64,000 nucleotides of DNA from an uncultured Ruminococcus sp. (GCA_964617165.1 CAZTWE010000001.1:6510-70509), one strand, 5' to 3'; shown: positions 18,869 to 27,778, numbered from the stretch's first letter. The notes: generated by a model from the letters alone, not told the origin. Translations and numbers: made by a program.

Positions 18869-19786
18869 TTATTTCTTATCAGGCAAAATCAACATGTTTC
18901 CAAGCTCTAAATCATGATCGGGATTTTTGAAAGGCATAGTTCCCGACGTTGGGAAAAACGTTAATTCTGAAAAATAAATTTTACTGTTTATTTCATAAAG
19001 ATCAACCCTCAAAAAAGGTATACCCGACGAGAGTTTTTTCGCTATTTCTATCATTTCATCAAAGCAAACAGGCTTTTGAGGAAGTTCCTCATACGGGAGA
19101 TAATCACTTCTCTGATACGGTGCAAACTGCCAATCCAAGGTTACGAAACTTATCCTTGCAGTTGAATGATCTTCAAGCCCTTTGGATATGTAAAGGAATT
19201 TAGGGTCTCCGTTAAAGCAATAAAACTTATAATCTGTCAGTCCGCTTGCAGCAACATGATCCTCCATGTACTGTTCAGCTATGATTCTCGGCTTCACATC
19301 CTTATACGGCCATTCTCTGCCGCTCCAATAATAGTTTCTTCCCAAACTACGTTGGATTTTTTTCTTAGCTCTGTCAAAATCAAAGGTAGCCTTATTTTTG
19401 CATATTGCTAAACCACCACTATCATGAGTGCATTTTAAAACAAATTCATTGGGAAGATTGTCAAAATCAATATCCTCAAATTTTTCCCAAACTCCAAGTG
19501 TAGGAATTATGTACTCTTCACCTATTTTTTGAGATACGTAGCGCTTAGCCTCATATTTGTCTACCATTTGAGTATACAATGGTTTTCTATCATAGAGCTT
19601 TAACCACTGTAGTTTTTCATTAAAAGTTCTTACATTCTTCAAATTTAAAGGTTTTTTCAAGGTTGACTTATATGCACATCTTAAATATACCGAGTCGGGA
19701 AGCCATTTCATGTATCCTCTGGAGCATAATGACGTTATCAAACTCGAAGGATGCGAAATCAAATGCAATATTTTTTTGAGATTCAT
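18869..19786 (-). CDS. ATP-grasp amidoligase, TupA-like
   Basis: KLQWLKLYDRKPLYTQMVDKYEAKRYV ... EFVLKCTHDSGGLAICKNK ... FLRVDLYEINSKIYFSELTFFP resembles the TupA-like ATP-grasp family (from memory). Start set to ATG 19786 (GGAG 7 nt upstream) rather than TTG 19798. Confidence 0.7.
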   Translation of the reverse strand: MNLKKILHLISHPSSLITSLCSRGYMKWLPDSVYLRCAYKSTLKKPLNLKNVRTFNEKLQWLKLYDRKPLYTQMVDKYEAKRYVSQKIGEEYIIPTLGVWEKFEDIDFDNLPNEFVLKCTHDSGGLAICKNKATFDFDRAKKKIQRSLGRNYYWSGREWPYKDVKPRIIAEQYMEDHVAASGLTDYKFYCFNGDPKFLYISKGLEDHSTARISFVTLDWQFAPYQRSDYLPYEELPQKPVCFDEMIEIAKKLSSGIPFLRVDLYEINSKIYFSELTFFPTSGTMPFKNPDHDLELGNMLILPDKK

Positions 19787-19798
19787 ATTACACTCCAA

Positions 19799-20890
19799 TT
19801 AGTTTTCAAGTAATTTATTTGCAAATGTTAGCCATTTATTCCCTATAATTTCACTATTAAAATCCTCGCGCACTTTGCTTGCATTGGCTGCTAATTTGGT
19901 TGCAAGCTCTTTGTTTTCGACAATTTCAACCATGGCATTATATAAAGATTTTGCATCTCCGACAGGAACTAAAATTCCATTTTCGCCATTGCGTATAAGC
20001 ATACGCGGTCCACCGCAAGGACAATCGGTAGATATACAAGGTAATCCAATCGCCATAGCCTCCATAAGTGCATTTGGCATTCCCTCAAAATCAGAAGATA
20101 AAACAAAAAGTCTTGCATCCTTGATGAGATCTAAAACGTTGAGCTTATTACCGGGTAAATCTATATGACACTGTAGGGATTTTTCCGCTATATATTTCTC
20201 CGTTTCTTCTCTCAAACCGCCCTCACCGTATATAGTAAGTCTCATTTCGGGATGCTTTTCTAACAGCAATTCAAAAGCATCTATAAGCAGCTTATGATTC
20301 TTCTGAGGATTCAATCGTCCCATTGTTACAATTGTATTACTCTTTGGCGAATAATCAATCAATGGGATCTCTCCATCCGGAATTGGATTAGGTATTATTA
20401 CGCTTTTCGATGCAATCTTTTTACCGTAAAAATCGCGTGCATCAGGAGTTTGAAAAACATACCCATCACTAAATTTCATGAAGAATCTTGCTACAGTTAT
20501 AGCCAATTTATTACCCGCAAAATGTGCAGGATCGTTTCTTTCGGATACTATCACTTTTGCCCCTATTCCGAAAGTGGATGGAATAATATACGAACAGTCC
20601 GGGACACTCATGACTATAATTACTTTAGGTTTTAACTCTTTTAAAATCTTATGATAGATTTTTATAGCACCAAAATATTCCTTTGGTCTCATATATGTAG
20701 TCTTATCACGCGCAGAAACTCGCAAAACTCTCTCGTCAAGCTCATATTCATTTTCTGTAGGCGCTGTTGATGTTACAATAGCTACTTTTTTGCCATTATC
20801 AGCAAAATACTTAGCCAATCTTACAGTAACACGTTCAGCACCACCGCGTTTCAAGCTTCCCATGATAGCAATATCTATGTTTTGTGACAT
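19799..20890 (-). CDS. GT-B glycosyltransferase (GT4-like)
   Basis: C-terminal EX7E-type region LSSDFEGMPNALMEAMAIGLPCISTDCPCGGPRMLI. Confidence 0.85.
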   Translation of the reverse strand: MSQNIDIAIMGSLKRGGAERVTVRLAKYFADNGKKVAIVTSTAPTENEYELDERVLRVSARDKTTYMRPKEYFGAIKIYHKILKELKPKVIIVMSVPDCSYIIPSTFGIGAKVIVSERNDPAHFAGNKLAITVARFFMKFSDGYVFQTPDARDFYGKKIASKSVIIPNPIPDGEIPLIDYSPKSNTIVTMGRLNPQKNHKLLIDAFELLLEKHPEMRLTIYGEGGLREETEKYIAEKSLQCHIDLPGNKLNVLDLIKDARLFVLSSDFEGMPNALMEAMAIGLPCISTDCPCGGPRMLIRNGENGILVPVGDAKSLYNAMVEIVENKELATKLAANASKVREDFNSEIIGNKWLTFANKLLEN

Positions 20891-20901
20891 CTCTAACCCC
20901 T

Positions 20902-22020
20902 TTATTGATAGAATGTGTAATACGGAAAATAAGTATATGCATCAGACCAACCGTAATACAGCAAAAAGTACACCACGCACATTCCTAATATAATTATGCG
21001 TGCAAAAAACTTTTTATATCCCGTAGAATTCTCAACTGCCTTAGCAAATGCGATAGCGTTAACGCATCCAAAATAGTAGCTCATTCTATACAAAAAATAA
21101 GATGTGTATCCTGCTAATCTGGATGGAAAGACAAGCATGATGGTATTACTGATTTTACGTTCACGATCTATTCGTCTGCGATAAAAAAGTGCCGGAATAA
21201 CTGTGGGAATCATAGTTAATACAAGCCCCAATCCCAAACTGACCGCCTCATATCCTACGAAATATTTCTCGTAATATTTCGTTCCAACAAATAATCTTCC
21301 CACAACAGACATGATAGGTTCAAGAGCAAATGCTGATACAGCAATCAAAATAAAATAAACTAGCTGTCTTACATTGGATTTTCTGTTAAATTGAACTGCA
21401 TATGTAAGCACGGCAGCGGGTATCGCACTCATGTGTATCAATCCGGCAATGACAGATAAAAATACGTATGGCTTAATCTTTTTGTTATAAGCATACCAAT
21501 ATGCATACAACATAATCGATACTGCTATCATCTGTCTCGCCTGATTAAATAGCAAAGGACCATAACAACTTAAGAATACAAGTATTGCAAACGCAGATTC
21601 TTTTATTTTCCACTTTTCTATGGTCAATATAACAAAATACATCGTAATAAAAGCGATAAGAGAAAAGTATATTTGAACGTTTGCATCTGTCATCCTGCTA
21701 ACCAACCAACGAAAAAGTTGAAACAGTACGGCTGATGCATCTTCTGCAAGTGCCTGTTCAAGAGACATTCCGCTTTGACTTACATATACATTCCACATAT
21801 TGAACGTATCTGCGCCTACCGTTTGACCTCTTATTCCAACCATTATGGAAATAGGAGCGATAACTATAATTCTAAGTATGAACTTAATTACAAACGGTAA
21901 TTTCACCTTAATGCATATAACGTTGTTATAGAAATATACCATTGCAGATGAAATCAAAAACACAATCCATAATTTTACTATAGATTCACCGTAGAAACTC
22001 AAGCTTTGAAAAAAACTCAT
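20902..22020 (-). CDS. EpsG/Wzy-like polysaccharide polymerase
   Basis: 372-aa highly hydrophobic multi-pass protein with no soluble domain, placed among glycosyltransferases; composition typical of the EpsG family. Confidence 0.65.
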   Translation of the reverse strand: MSFFQSLSFYGESIVKLWIVFLISSAMVYFYNNVICIKVKLPFVIKFILRIIVIAPISIMVGIRGQTVGADTFNMWNVYVSQSGMSLEQALAEDASAVLFQLFRWLVSRMTDANVQIYFSLIAFITMYFVILTIEKWKIKESAFAILVFLSCYGPLLFNQARQMIAVSIMLYAYWYAYNKKIKPYVFLSVIAGLIHMSAIPAAVLTYAVQFNRKSNVRQLVYFILIAVSAFALEPIMSVVGRLFVGTKYYEKYFVGYEAVSLGLGLVLTMIPTVIPALFYRRRIDRERKISNTIMLVFPSRLAGYTSYFLYRMSYYFGCVNAIAFAKAVENSTGYKKFFARIIILGMCVVYFLLYYGWSDAYTYFPYYTFYQ

Positions 22021-22023
22021 ACC

Positions 22024-23187
22024 TCATCCTTTTGAAGCAACATCAATACCGGCAGCCTCACTGATAAATATTTTACGCTTATGGTTAATTTTGTCAAACT
22101 CATATTCTTTCGCAGATTCAAAATTCTTTTTTGCTTGCGCATACATCTCATCACGTGTCATACTCTCTATGCATTTGCATATATCAGAAACCGATTTTCT
22201 TCGGCAAACGTATTTCTTATCAATAAGCTCCGGGATTCCGGCGGTTTTGAAGCCTATCGCGGGCATGGCACAGCTCATTGCCTCAATCATAGCACGCGGC
22301 AATCCTTCTTGCAACGAAGGCTGTATGTATATATCAGCTTTAGATAAATGATCGTATACCTCATCATGCTTTATGGAACCTGTAAATATTACATTATCCG
22401 TCAGTTCATAACGTTCGCACAAATTACGGAGTCTGTCTTGGTTGCCGCCACCTATTATGATATATCGCAAATCATATCCCTTTTTCTTCAATTTGTACAT
22501 GGCTTCCAAAACATAAGCCTGTCCTTTGTATTTTACATCAACCGCAGCAGTTGTACACAATGTCATTGTCTTCATATCGGTTGACTCTATCTTTTCAAGT
22601 CTTTGCGCCAAAGCTTCTTCTCGAATACCGGTAATTTTAACATTGGATATTCCTATAGATTTTCCATTTGTAGGATACTCTTTTTGCAAAAACTGCTGTG
22701 TTACATAAACAACATAGTTTGCATTCTTAATCATATTTTTTGCTTGGATTTCAAAATAAGGCGCAACAAGCTTTCCTTTCAGTGAATAATTCCAATTTGC
22801 ATCCCAAGAGCTACCTACAACCTCTACAACATAAGGCTTATTATATTTTTTGGCATACTTTACAGCTATTGCTGCAAAAAAAGACTGCCGTGCTATTACA
22901 AAATCGACTGCTAATACCTCTTTTTCGATGTATGCCTCTATTTCTTTACGTTTAGTAAAATATTCGATTGCATTAAGCCCCAATTTGGTAAGATGAAAGT
23001 TTACATTATCTGTGCTTGATATCGTATACCGTTCCGGATTATCACATTCTTTGACACGTCCCACAATGTTAAGTTCATCAAAAATATTTAAGTATCTTTC
23101 CTGCCATACAGTGGCAGTTTGGGAAGTTTCATAGTAAAGTTCTCCATGTTTCATATACTTGGTTGAATAGACGAACAAAGCTTTCAT
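22024..23187 (-). CDS. GT-B glycosyltransferase (GT4-like)
   Basis: QPSLQEGLPRAMIEAMSCAMPAIGFKTAGIPELI. Start set to ATG 23187 (MKALFVY, AAAGGGGA upstream), 1 nt after the upstream stop. Confidence 0.85.
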   Translation of the reverse strand: MKALFVYSTKYMKHGELYYETSQTATVWQERYLNIFDELNIVGRVKECDNPERYTISSTDNVNFHLTKLGLNAIEYFTKRKEIEAYIEKEVLAVDFVIARQSFFAAIAVKYAKKYNKPYVVEVVGSSWDANWNYSLKGKLVAPYFEIQAKNMIKNANYVVYVTQQFLQKEYPTNGKSIGISNVKITGIREEALAQRLEKIESTDMKTMTLCTTAAVDVKYKGQAYVLEAMYKLKKKGYDLRYIIIGGGNQDRLRNLCERYELTDNVIFTGSIKHDEVYDHLSKADIYIQPSLQEGLPRAMIEAMSCAMPAIGFKTAGIPELIDKKYVCRRKSVSDICKCIESMTRDEMYAQAKKNFESAKEYEFDKINHKRKIFISEAAGIDVASKG

Positions 23188-23188
23188 T

Positions 23189-24349
23189 TTAAAAATCCCC
23201 TTTCTTGGCATAATACGGTTTTAGGAAATCATCTGTAATACTATCCCACGAATAATTTCTTGCTGCATATTCTCTCATTTCCTGTGCAACGTTTTTATTA
23301 TCTTTGTAAGACAAATAAAACTCTTCTACTGCGTGCATGTCGACCAAGCTTTCATCATCAGGAATTTCCATCACATAAGGGTAATTTTGAGGAACGCAGA
23401 CTTCTTCACCCGCGTAAAAATACGGAATGCCTATTCCGAAATATTCTTTTGTTTTCAAACCTGTACCCTTTTTACCGCCTACACGATGCTGACAAACAGG
23501 ACCAATTCCTAAATTACATAAGCTGTATATATCGGTTAATTCCTGTCCAAACTTCTTTCCGTATAAAAATACATGATTTTCCAAACCAAGATCATTCACA
23601 AGTTTTTTTGTGCTGTCATTTATTGTACCAACTAAATGTAGATTGATTCTCCTAGCACCAGGAAAAGCTTTATTGTATTCGTACAAACTCTTTATCAGCC
23701 TATCATATCCATGGTATGGTCTCTCAATAGCGACCGATATCATATTTATTTCCTCAGGATCACCAACATACACATGCTTTTCCAGTTTATCTAATGATAT
23801 ACCGATAGATGCATGAACTGTTTTTTTGCCCCATAAATATTCCAAATCTCCCTCTGTTAGAAACGTATCAATTTGTTCAGCCGCAATCTTGTGAAACAAA
23901 TCAGTATTGAATGTCATGTATTTGCTTTTCAAGTTTGAAAACTTGATACCGGGAAAGTAACTATGCATGTCAACAATAACATGCGATTTTTTTCGCTTTT
24001 TTATTGTTTTCAGTAGTGCAATGTACGGAATATCAAACCCAAGCCATCTCAAAAAGGCAATATCAACTTTGGGTTCAAAATTTTTTAAATACGAATTGGC
24101 AACACTCAACAATTCAAATCGCCTTGAAATCGCTCTAAGCTTTTCATTTTTAAATAGATACTTCTTTTCATAAATAAGTTGATCATTGTTATCAAACACT
24201 TGTATCCCATTTTCCCCATACGCTGTATAAAATACTGCATGTCCTTTTTTTCTAAAAGCATCTATAGTACCTTTTAATTTTTTTGTAACGCCTATACTAT
24301 CATCCGAAGGAGTAAAATTAACGACCATAAAAATATTCAGCAATTCCAT
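23189..24349 (-). CDS. divergent GT-B-fold glycosyltransferase
   Basis: Two Rossmann-like halves and a C-terminal GKKGTGLKTKEYFGIGIPYFYAG. It lacks a clean EX7E motif. Confidence 0.55.
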   Translation of the reverse strand: MELLNIFMVVNFTPSDDSIGVTKKLKGTIDAFRKKGHAVFYTAYGENGIQVFDNNDQLIYEKKYLFKNEKLRAISRRFELLSVANSYLKNFEPKVDIAFLRWLGFDIPYIALLKTIKKRKKSHVIVDMHSYFPGIKFSNLKSKYMTFNTDLFHKIAAEQIDTFLTEGDLEYLWGKKTVHASIGISLDKLEKHVYVGDPEEINMISVAIERPYHGYDRLIKSLYEYNKAFPGARRINLHLVGTINDSTKKLVNDLGLENHVFLYGKKFGQELTDIYSLCNLGIGPVCQHRVGGKKGTGLKTKEYFGIGIPYFYAGEEVCVPQNYPYVMEIPDDESLVDMHAVEEFYLSYKDNKNVAQEMREYAARNYSWDSITDDFLKPYYAKKGDF

Positions 24350-24358
24350 GTAAAAACC

Positions 24359-25537
24359 TCATTTAACTTGTAGTAAGGAATCATGATAGATACCTGTCAA
24401 CGAATCATAGAGCATGATGTAACCTAGAACGTTGTTCTCCAACGTATATTCGCTGTGAACACGTTTATAATTGCGTTCTTTAACCTGATTTAATGCATTT
24501 CTGTCTTTATCCCATGCTTCTATGTGAGCGGCAAACTCGCTTGCCTGTTCACAAACCGTATCGGGATCGCTTACTACCTCGACAGAGCCGCCCGCATCGG
24601 TTGTAAGCACTGCTGTTTTTCTACTCATCGCTTCAACTATGGTTCTTCCGAAAGATTCGGATTTCGGGTAAGACGTTAAAACATAAACGTCGATATTGTA
24701 ATAAAAGCTCTCCATATCTGCGAACGGAACGTTTATCTTGCCCTCAAATCTATCACCGTACTTGGAGCGCATCCTGTCAAACAATTGCTCTGTTTCACAT
24801 TTTGAAGCATCATCCAAACAGCTGATATACATAACGTATCTGGCGTTTGGTACAAGCTTTTCGGTCTCGGAACATATTTCCTCTGCCAAGGGCCAGCCTT
24901 TCCAATCGCACATTCTACCCGCAAAGCCTACCGTCAGAAAATCATTATTACCGACCCTTGACTCGTCTATACTCTCGTAAATTTCTCCTGCAGTATTGTA
25001 AATCACACGGTATTCAAGCGAAATTTTCTTTTTCTCATTAGCTTCAACCCAGCTTTGCTTGTTGAAATCAGTAGTCGTAACGAGCACGTCCAAGTATTTG
25101 AAAGAAAAATGGAAAAGGTTCCTGAAAAAAGAATTATATTTGGTGTAAAGTCCTCTATCGGTATGTACAAGCGTAATTTTTCTGCTTATCATTCTGAATC
25201 TTTTCAGCATTGAAACGATAAAGAAGCTTACCTGACTGTTTGAATGAATTATTTTGGGGTTTATCTTTTCTATAAGTGCGGCTATCTTAAACATGTACCC
25301 CAAGAACGCAAAAGGATTTTTTATAAGCTCTTTCATTCTTTTGCATTTAGTCCGCCAATAAAAATCAACGTTGTCTATTTTTTCGTTAAATTCCCCGGGC
25401 TGTATAACCGCAATCTTATGTTTTTTGCTTGCCCCGTTAATTATTATCAGCTGCGACTCTCTTTCACCGCCGAGAAATCCTAAATTGTTATCGTTTATAA
25501 TAACAATTTCAGCCTCTTTAACCGTTTCGTTTTTCAT
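24359..25537 (-). CDS. GT-B glycosyltransferase (GT4-like)
   Basis: LTSYPKSESFGRTIVEAMSRKTAVLTTDAGGSVEVV. Confidence 0.85.
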   Translation of the reverse strand: MKNETVKEAEIVIINDNNLGFLGGERESQLIIINGASKKHKIAVIQPGEFNEKIDNVDFYWRTKCKRMKELIKNPFAFLGYMFKIAALIEKINPKIIHSNSQVSFFIVSMLKRFRMISRKITLVHTDRGLYTKYNSFFRNLFHFSFKYLDVLVTTTDFNKQSWVEANEKKKISLEYRVIYNTAGEIYESIDESRVGNNDFLTVGFAGRMCDWKGWPLAEEICSETEKLVPNARYVMYISCLDDASKCETEQLFDRMRSKYGDRFEGKINVPFADMESFYYNIDVYVLTSYPKSESFGRTIVEAMSRKTAVLTTDAGGSVEVVSDPDTVCEQASEFAAHIEAWDKDRNALNQVKERNYKRVHSEYTLENNVLGYIMLYDSLTGIYHDSLLQVK

Positions 25538-25538
25538 T

Positions 25539-26246
25539 CTAGACCTCCAAAAGCTCTTTTGCGGACTTTTGACCGCTGAGGTATTCAGCCTCAGTTATTT
25601 CGCCTTTTTGAAGCAGATAGTCTCCGAAATCAAGATCGGAGGCTGTACCGTCTCTGACGGTATCCGAGCGCTTCAAAACCTTGGCTACGGTTTTGAATAT
25701 TATCTTTATATCTCCGAGCAGCGAAATTCCGCTGTCTATGTATTCAAGATCGTATTCGAATTTCTTTTCCCACGTGATGTTGTTTCTGCCGTTCACCTGT
25801 GCAAGCCCTGTCAGCCCCGGGCGCACGTCATGGCGGCGGCGTTGCTCGCCCGTCATAAATACCATATCGCGGACAAGCTGAGGTCTCGGACCTACTATTG
25901 AGAGGTCGCCTTTGAGAATATTTATAAGCGAGGGAAGCTCGTCTGCCGAGGTGGAGCGCAGGAACTTACCGTAGGCATTGAGGCGCATCTCGTCGGGCAG
26001 AAGATTTCCGTGCTCATCCTTGGCATTGGACATCGTGCGCAGCTTCAGAAGATAGAAGATCTTTTCATTGCCGTTCTTGTCCTTTTTGCCGGGGCGCGGT
26101 TGTACGAAGATCGGGTTCCCTCTCATTGCTATCGCACCGATCAGCATCAATATCAAAAGAAACGGTGCAAGTATTATCAGGGCGATGAGCGATAAGAGAA
26201 AGTCCAAAAGGCGTTTGAAAAATTTAGAATACATAACAGTCTCCAA
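25539..26246 (-). CDS. small monotopic phosphoglycosyl transferase (PglC/EpsL-like initiating sugar transferase)
   Basis: Single N-terminal re-entrant helix, PIFVQPRPGKK, DELPSLINILKGDLSIVGPRP, PGLTGLAQVNGRN. Confidence 0.9.
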   Translation of the reverse strand: METVMYSKFFKRLLDFLLSLIALIILAPFLLILMLIGAIAMRGNPIFVQPRPGKKDKNGNEKIFYLLKLRTMSNAKDEHGNLLPDEMRLNAYGKFLRSTSADELPSLINILKGDLSIVGPRPQLVRDMVFMTGEQRRRHDVRPGLTGLAQVNGRNNITWEKKFEYDLEYIDSGISLLGDIKIIFKTVAKVLKRSDTVRDGTASDLDFGDYLLQKGEITEAEYLSGQKSAKELLEV

Positions 26247-26254
26247 GGTGAGTA

Positions 26255-27484
26255 TTATTCAAAGCAGGCTCTGATTATTTCGATTATCTTGTTCTGCTCT
26301 TCCACAGTCATTTTATTGTCACTCGGCAGGCAAAGGCCGCGAGCGAAAATGTCCGAGACGACGTCTGCCGCGCCGCTGCTTGCTATGTAGGCGTTGGTTG
26401 CGCCTCTGGCGTTGCCGTTCCTTGTGACAAACGGATTCATGCGGTAGATCGGCTGAGAGTGCATAGGCTTCCATATCGGTCTGCCCTCAGCGTTGTGCTT
26501 TTCCAACGCTTCCAATATCTCGGTAGGGCAGCTCTTGCCGGGCTCTTTTACGTAGCATGCCTCACTGTCACTGCGCACCTGGCGGCACATAGCGTCCTTA
26601 TCTATGATAAGGCAGGAGAGCCAGAAGTTCGGCTCCATGATTTCGCGGATGTACGGATTCATCGAAACGGGGAGATCGGATAACCCCTCTTTATATCTCA
26701 TATATATTGCCTTCTTTGCGGCAATATGCTCGGAAAGATACGGATACTGACCGCGTACAACGCCTGCAATAACGTTGCTCATACGGTAGTTGTAGCCTAC
26801 CTCCTCATGCTGATACCACGGAGCATCCTCTCTGCTCTGAGTTGACCATTTGCGCGCTCTGTTTGCCGCGTCAAGATCATCGGTAAGAAGCATTCCGCCC
26901 GAGGAGCCCGTTATCATCTTGTTACCGTTGAAGGAGATGACGTTGTATTTGCCGAAGGTACCGGTCTCGGCTCCCTTGTACGTAGCTCCGAGCGATTCGG
27001 CAGCATCCTCAATAAGCGTTGCACCGTGCTTATCGCAGATCGCACGGATCTCGTCAAGCTTGGCGGGTGTGCCGTATAGGTTTGCAAGCATAACCAGCTT
27101 TGTATCGGGATAAAGCTCAAACGCACGCTCAAGCGCTACGGGGTCCATGTTCCATGTTTCATACTCGGAATCAATGAAAATAGGATTTCCTTTTTCGTAA
27201 ACCACGGGATTTACGGTAGCCGCAAAGGTAAGATCGGTGCAGAACACATTGTCTCCCGGCTTAACGCCCGCAAGCTTTACAGCTAAGTGGAGCGCGGCGG
27301 TTCCTGCGGAAAGCGCAACGGCATATTTGCAGCCGATGATCTCGGCTGTCATTCGCTCTACCTCGTTGATGTTCTTACCTACTGTGGACATCCAGTTGGT
27401 TTCATAAGCTTCTGTCATGTACCTCAGCTCATCCCCATGCATGGTGGGAGAGGAGAGGTATACTCTTTTCTTGAAGGGTTCCAT
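26255..27484 (-). CDS. DegT/EpsN/PglE-family PLP-dependent sugar aminotransferase
   Basis: ALSAGTAALHLA, IEDAAESLGATY, SFNGNKMITGSSGG (PLP lysine). RBS GAAAGGA lies upstream of ATG 27484. Confidence 0.9.
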   Translation of the reverse strand: MEPFKKRVYLSSPTMHGDELRYMTEAYETNWMSTVGKNINEVERMTAEIIGCKYAVALSAGTAALHLAVKLAGVKPGDNVFCTDLTFAATVNPVVYEKGNPIFIDSEYETWNMDPVALERAFELYPDTKLVMLANLYGTPAKLDEIRAICDKHGATLIEDAAESLGATYKGAETGTFGKYNVISFNGNKMITGSSGGMLLTDDLDAANRARKWSTQSREDAPWYQHEEVGYNYRMSNVIAGVVRGQYPYLSEHIAAKKAIYMRYKEGLSDLPVSMNPYIREIMEPNFWLSCLIIDKDAMCRQVRSDSEACYVKEPGKSCPTEILEALEKHNAEGRPIWKPMHSQPIYRMNPFVTRNGNARGATNAYIASSGAADVVSDIFARGLCLPSDNKMTVEEQNKIIEIIRACFE

Positions 27485-27501
27485 TTTTCTTTTTCCTTTC
27501 G

Positions 27502-27778
27502 TAGCCGTAAGAGAGTCGAACGCACAAGGTTTTAGGTAATAGATTTTCCCATATTCATCACCGAAATTATCTTAAATATCCGCATATTCCTCGATAATTT
27601 TGGCTCGCCTATGAAAAAATCTATTTACCTAAAACTGCTCTGCACCTACGGCAAATAAATTTTTTGTGGATTTTGGTGTACTTCGTCGCAGTAAAGTGAG
27701 CACTTTGCAAGGCGGAGTACGACGAAAGACACTAAAATTTATTGCCGTAGGCTTGTGTGGTCGGCTCTCTTACGGCTA
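27502..27778. other. 277-nt nested inverted-repeat element (three-way-junction topology) between the predicted EPS promoter and the first EPS gene
   Basis: Outer stem 27502-27528 : 27752-27778 (27 positions; 1 mismatch, 2 G/T). Arm A 27529-27547 : 27616-27635 (19 bp, 1 bulge) with inner 27561-27571 : 27593-27603. Arm B 27645-27663 : 27734-27751 (18 bp, 1 bulge) with inner 27676-27688 : 27720-27732. Confidence 0.6.

Noticed and set aside
15317-25538. The AT-rich cassette as a classical genomic island or mobile element.
   Set aside because: No integrase, transposase, tRNA, or direct or inverted terminal repeats are visible at the boundaries. The breaks coincide with gene junctions inside one operon, which fits recombinational cassette exchange instead.
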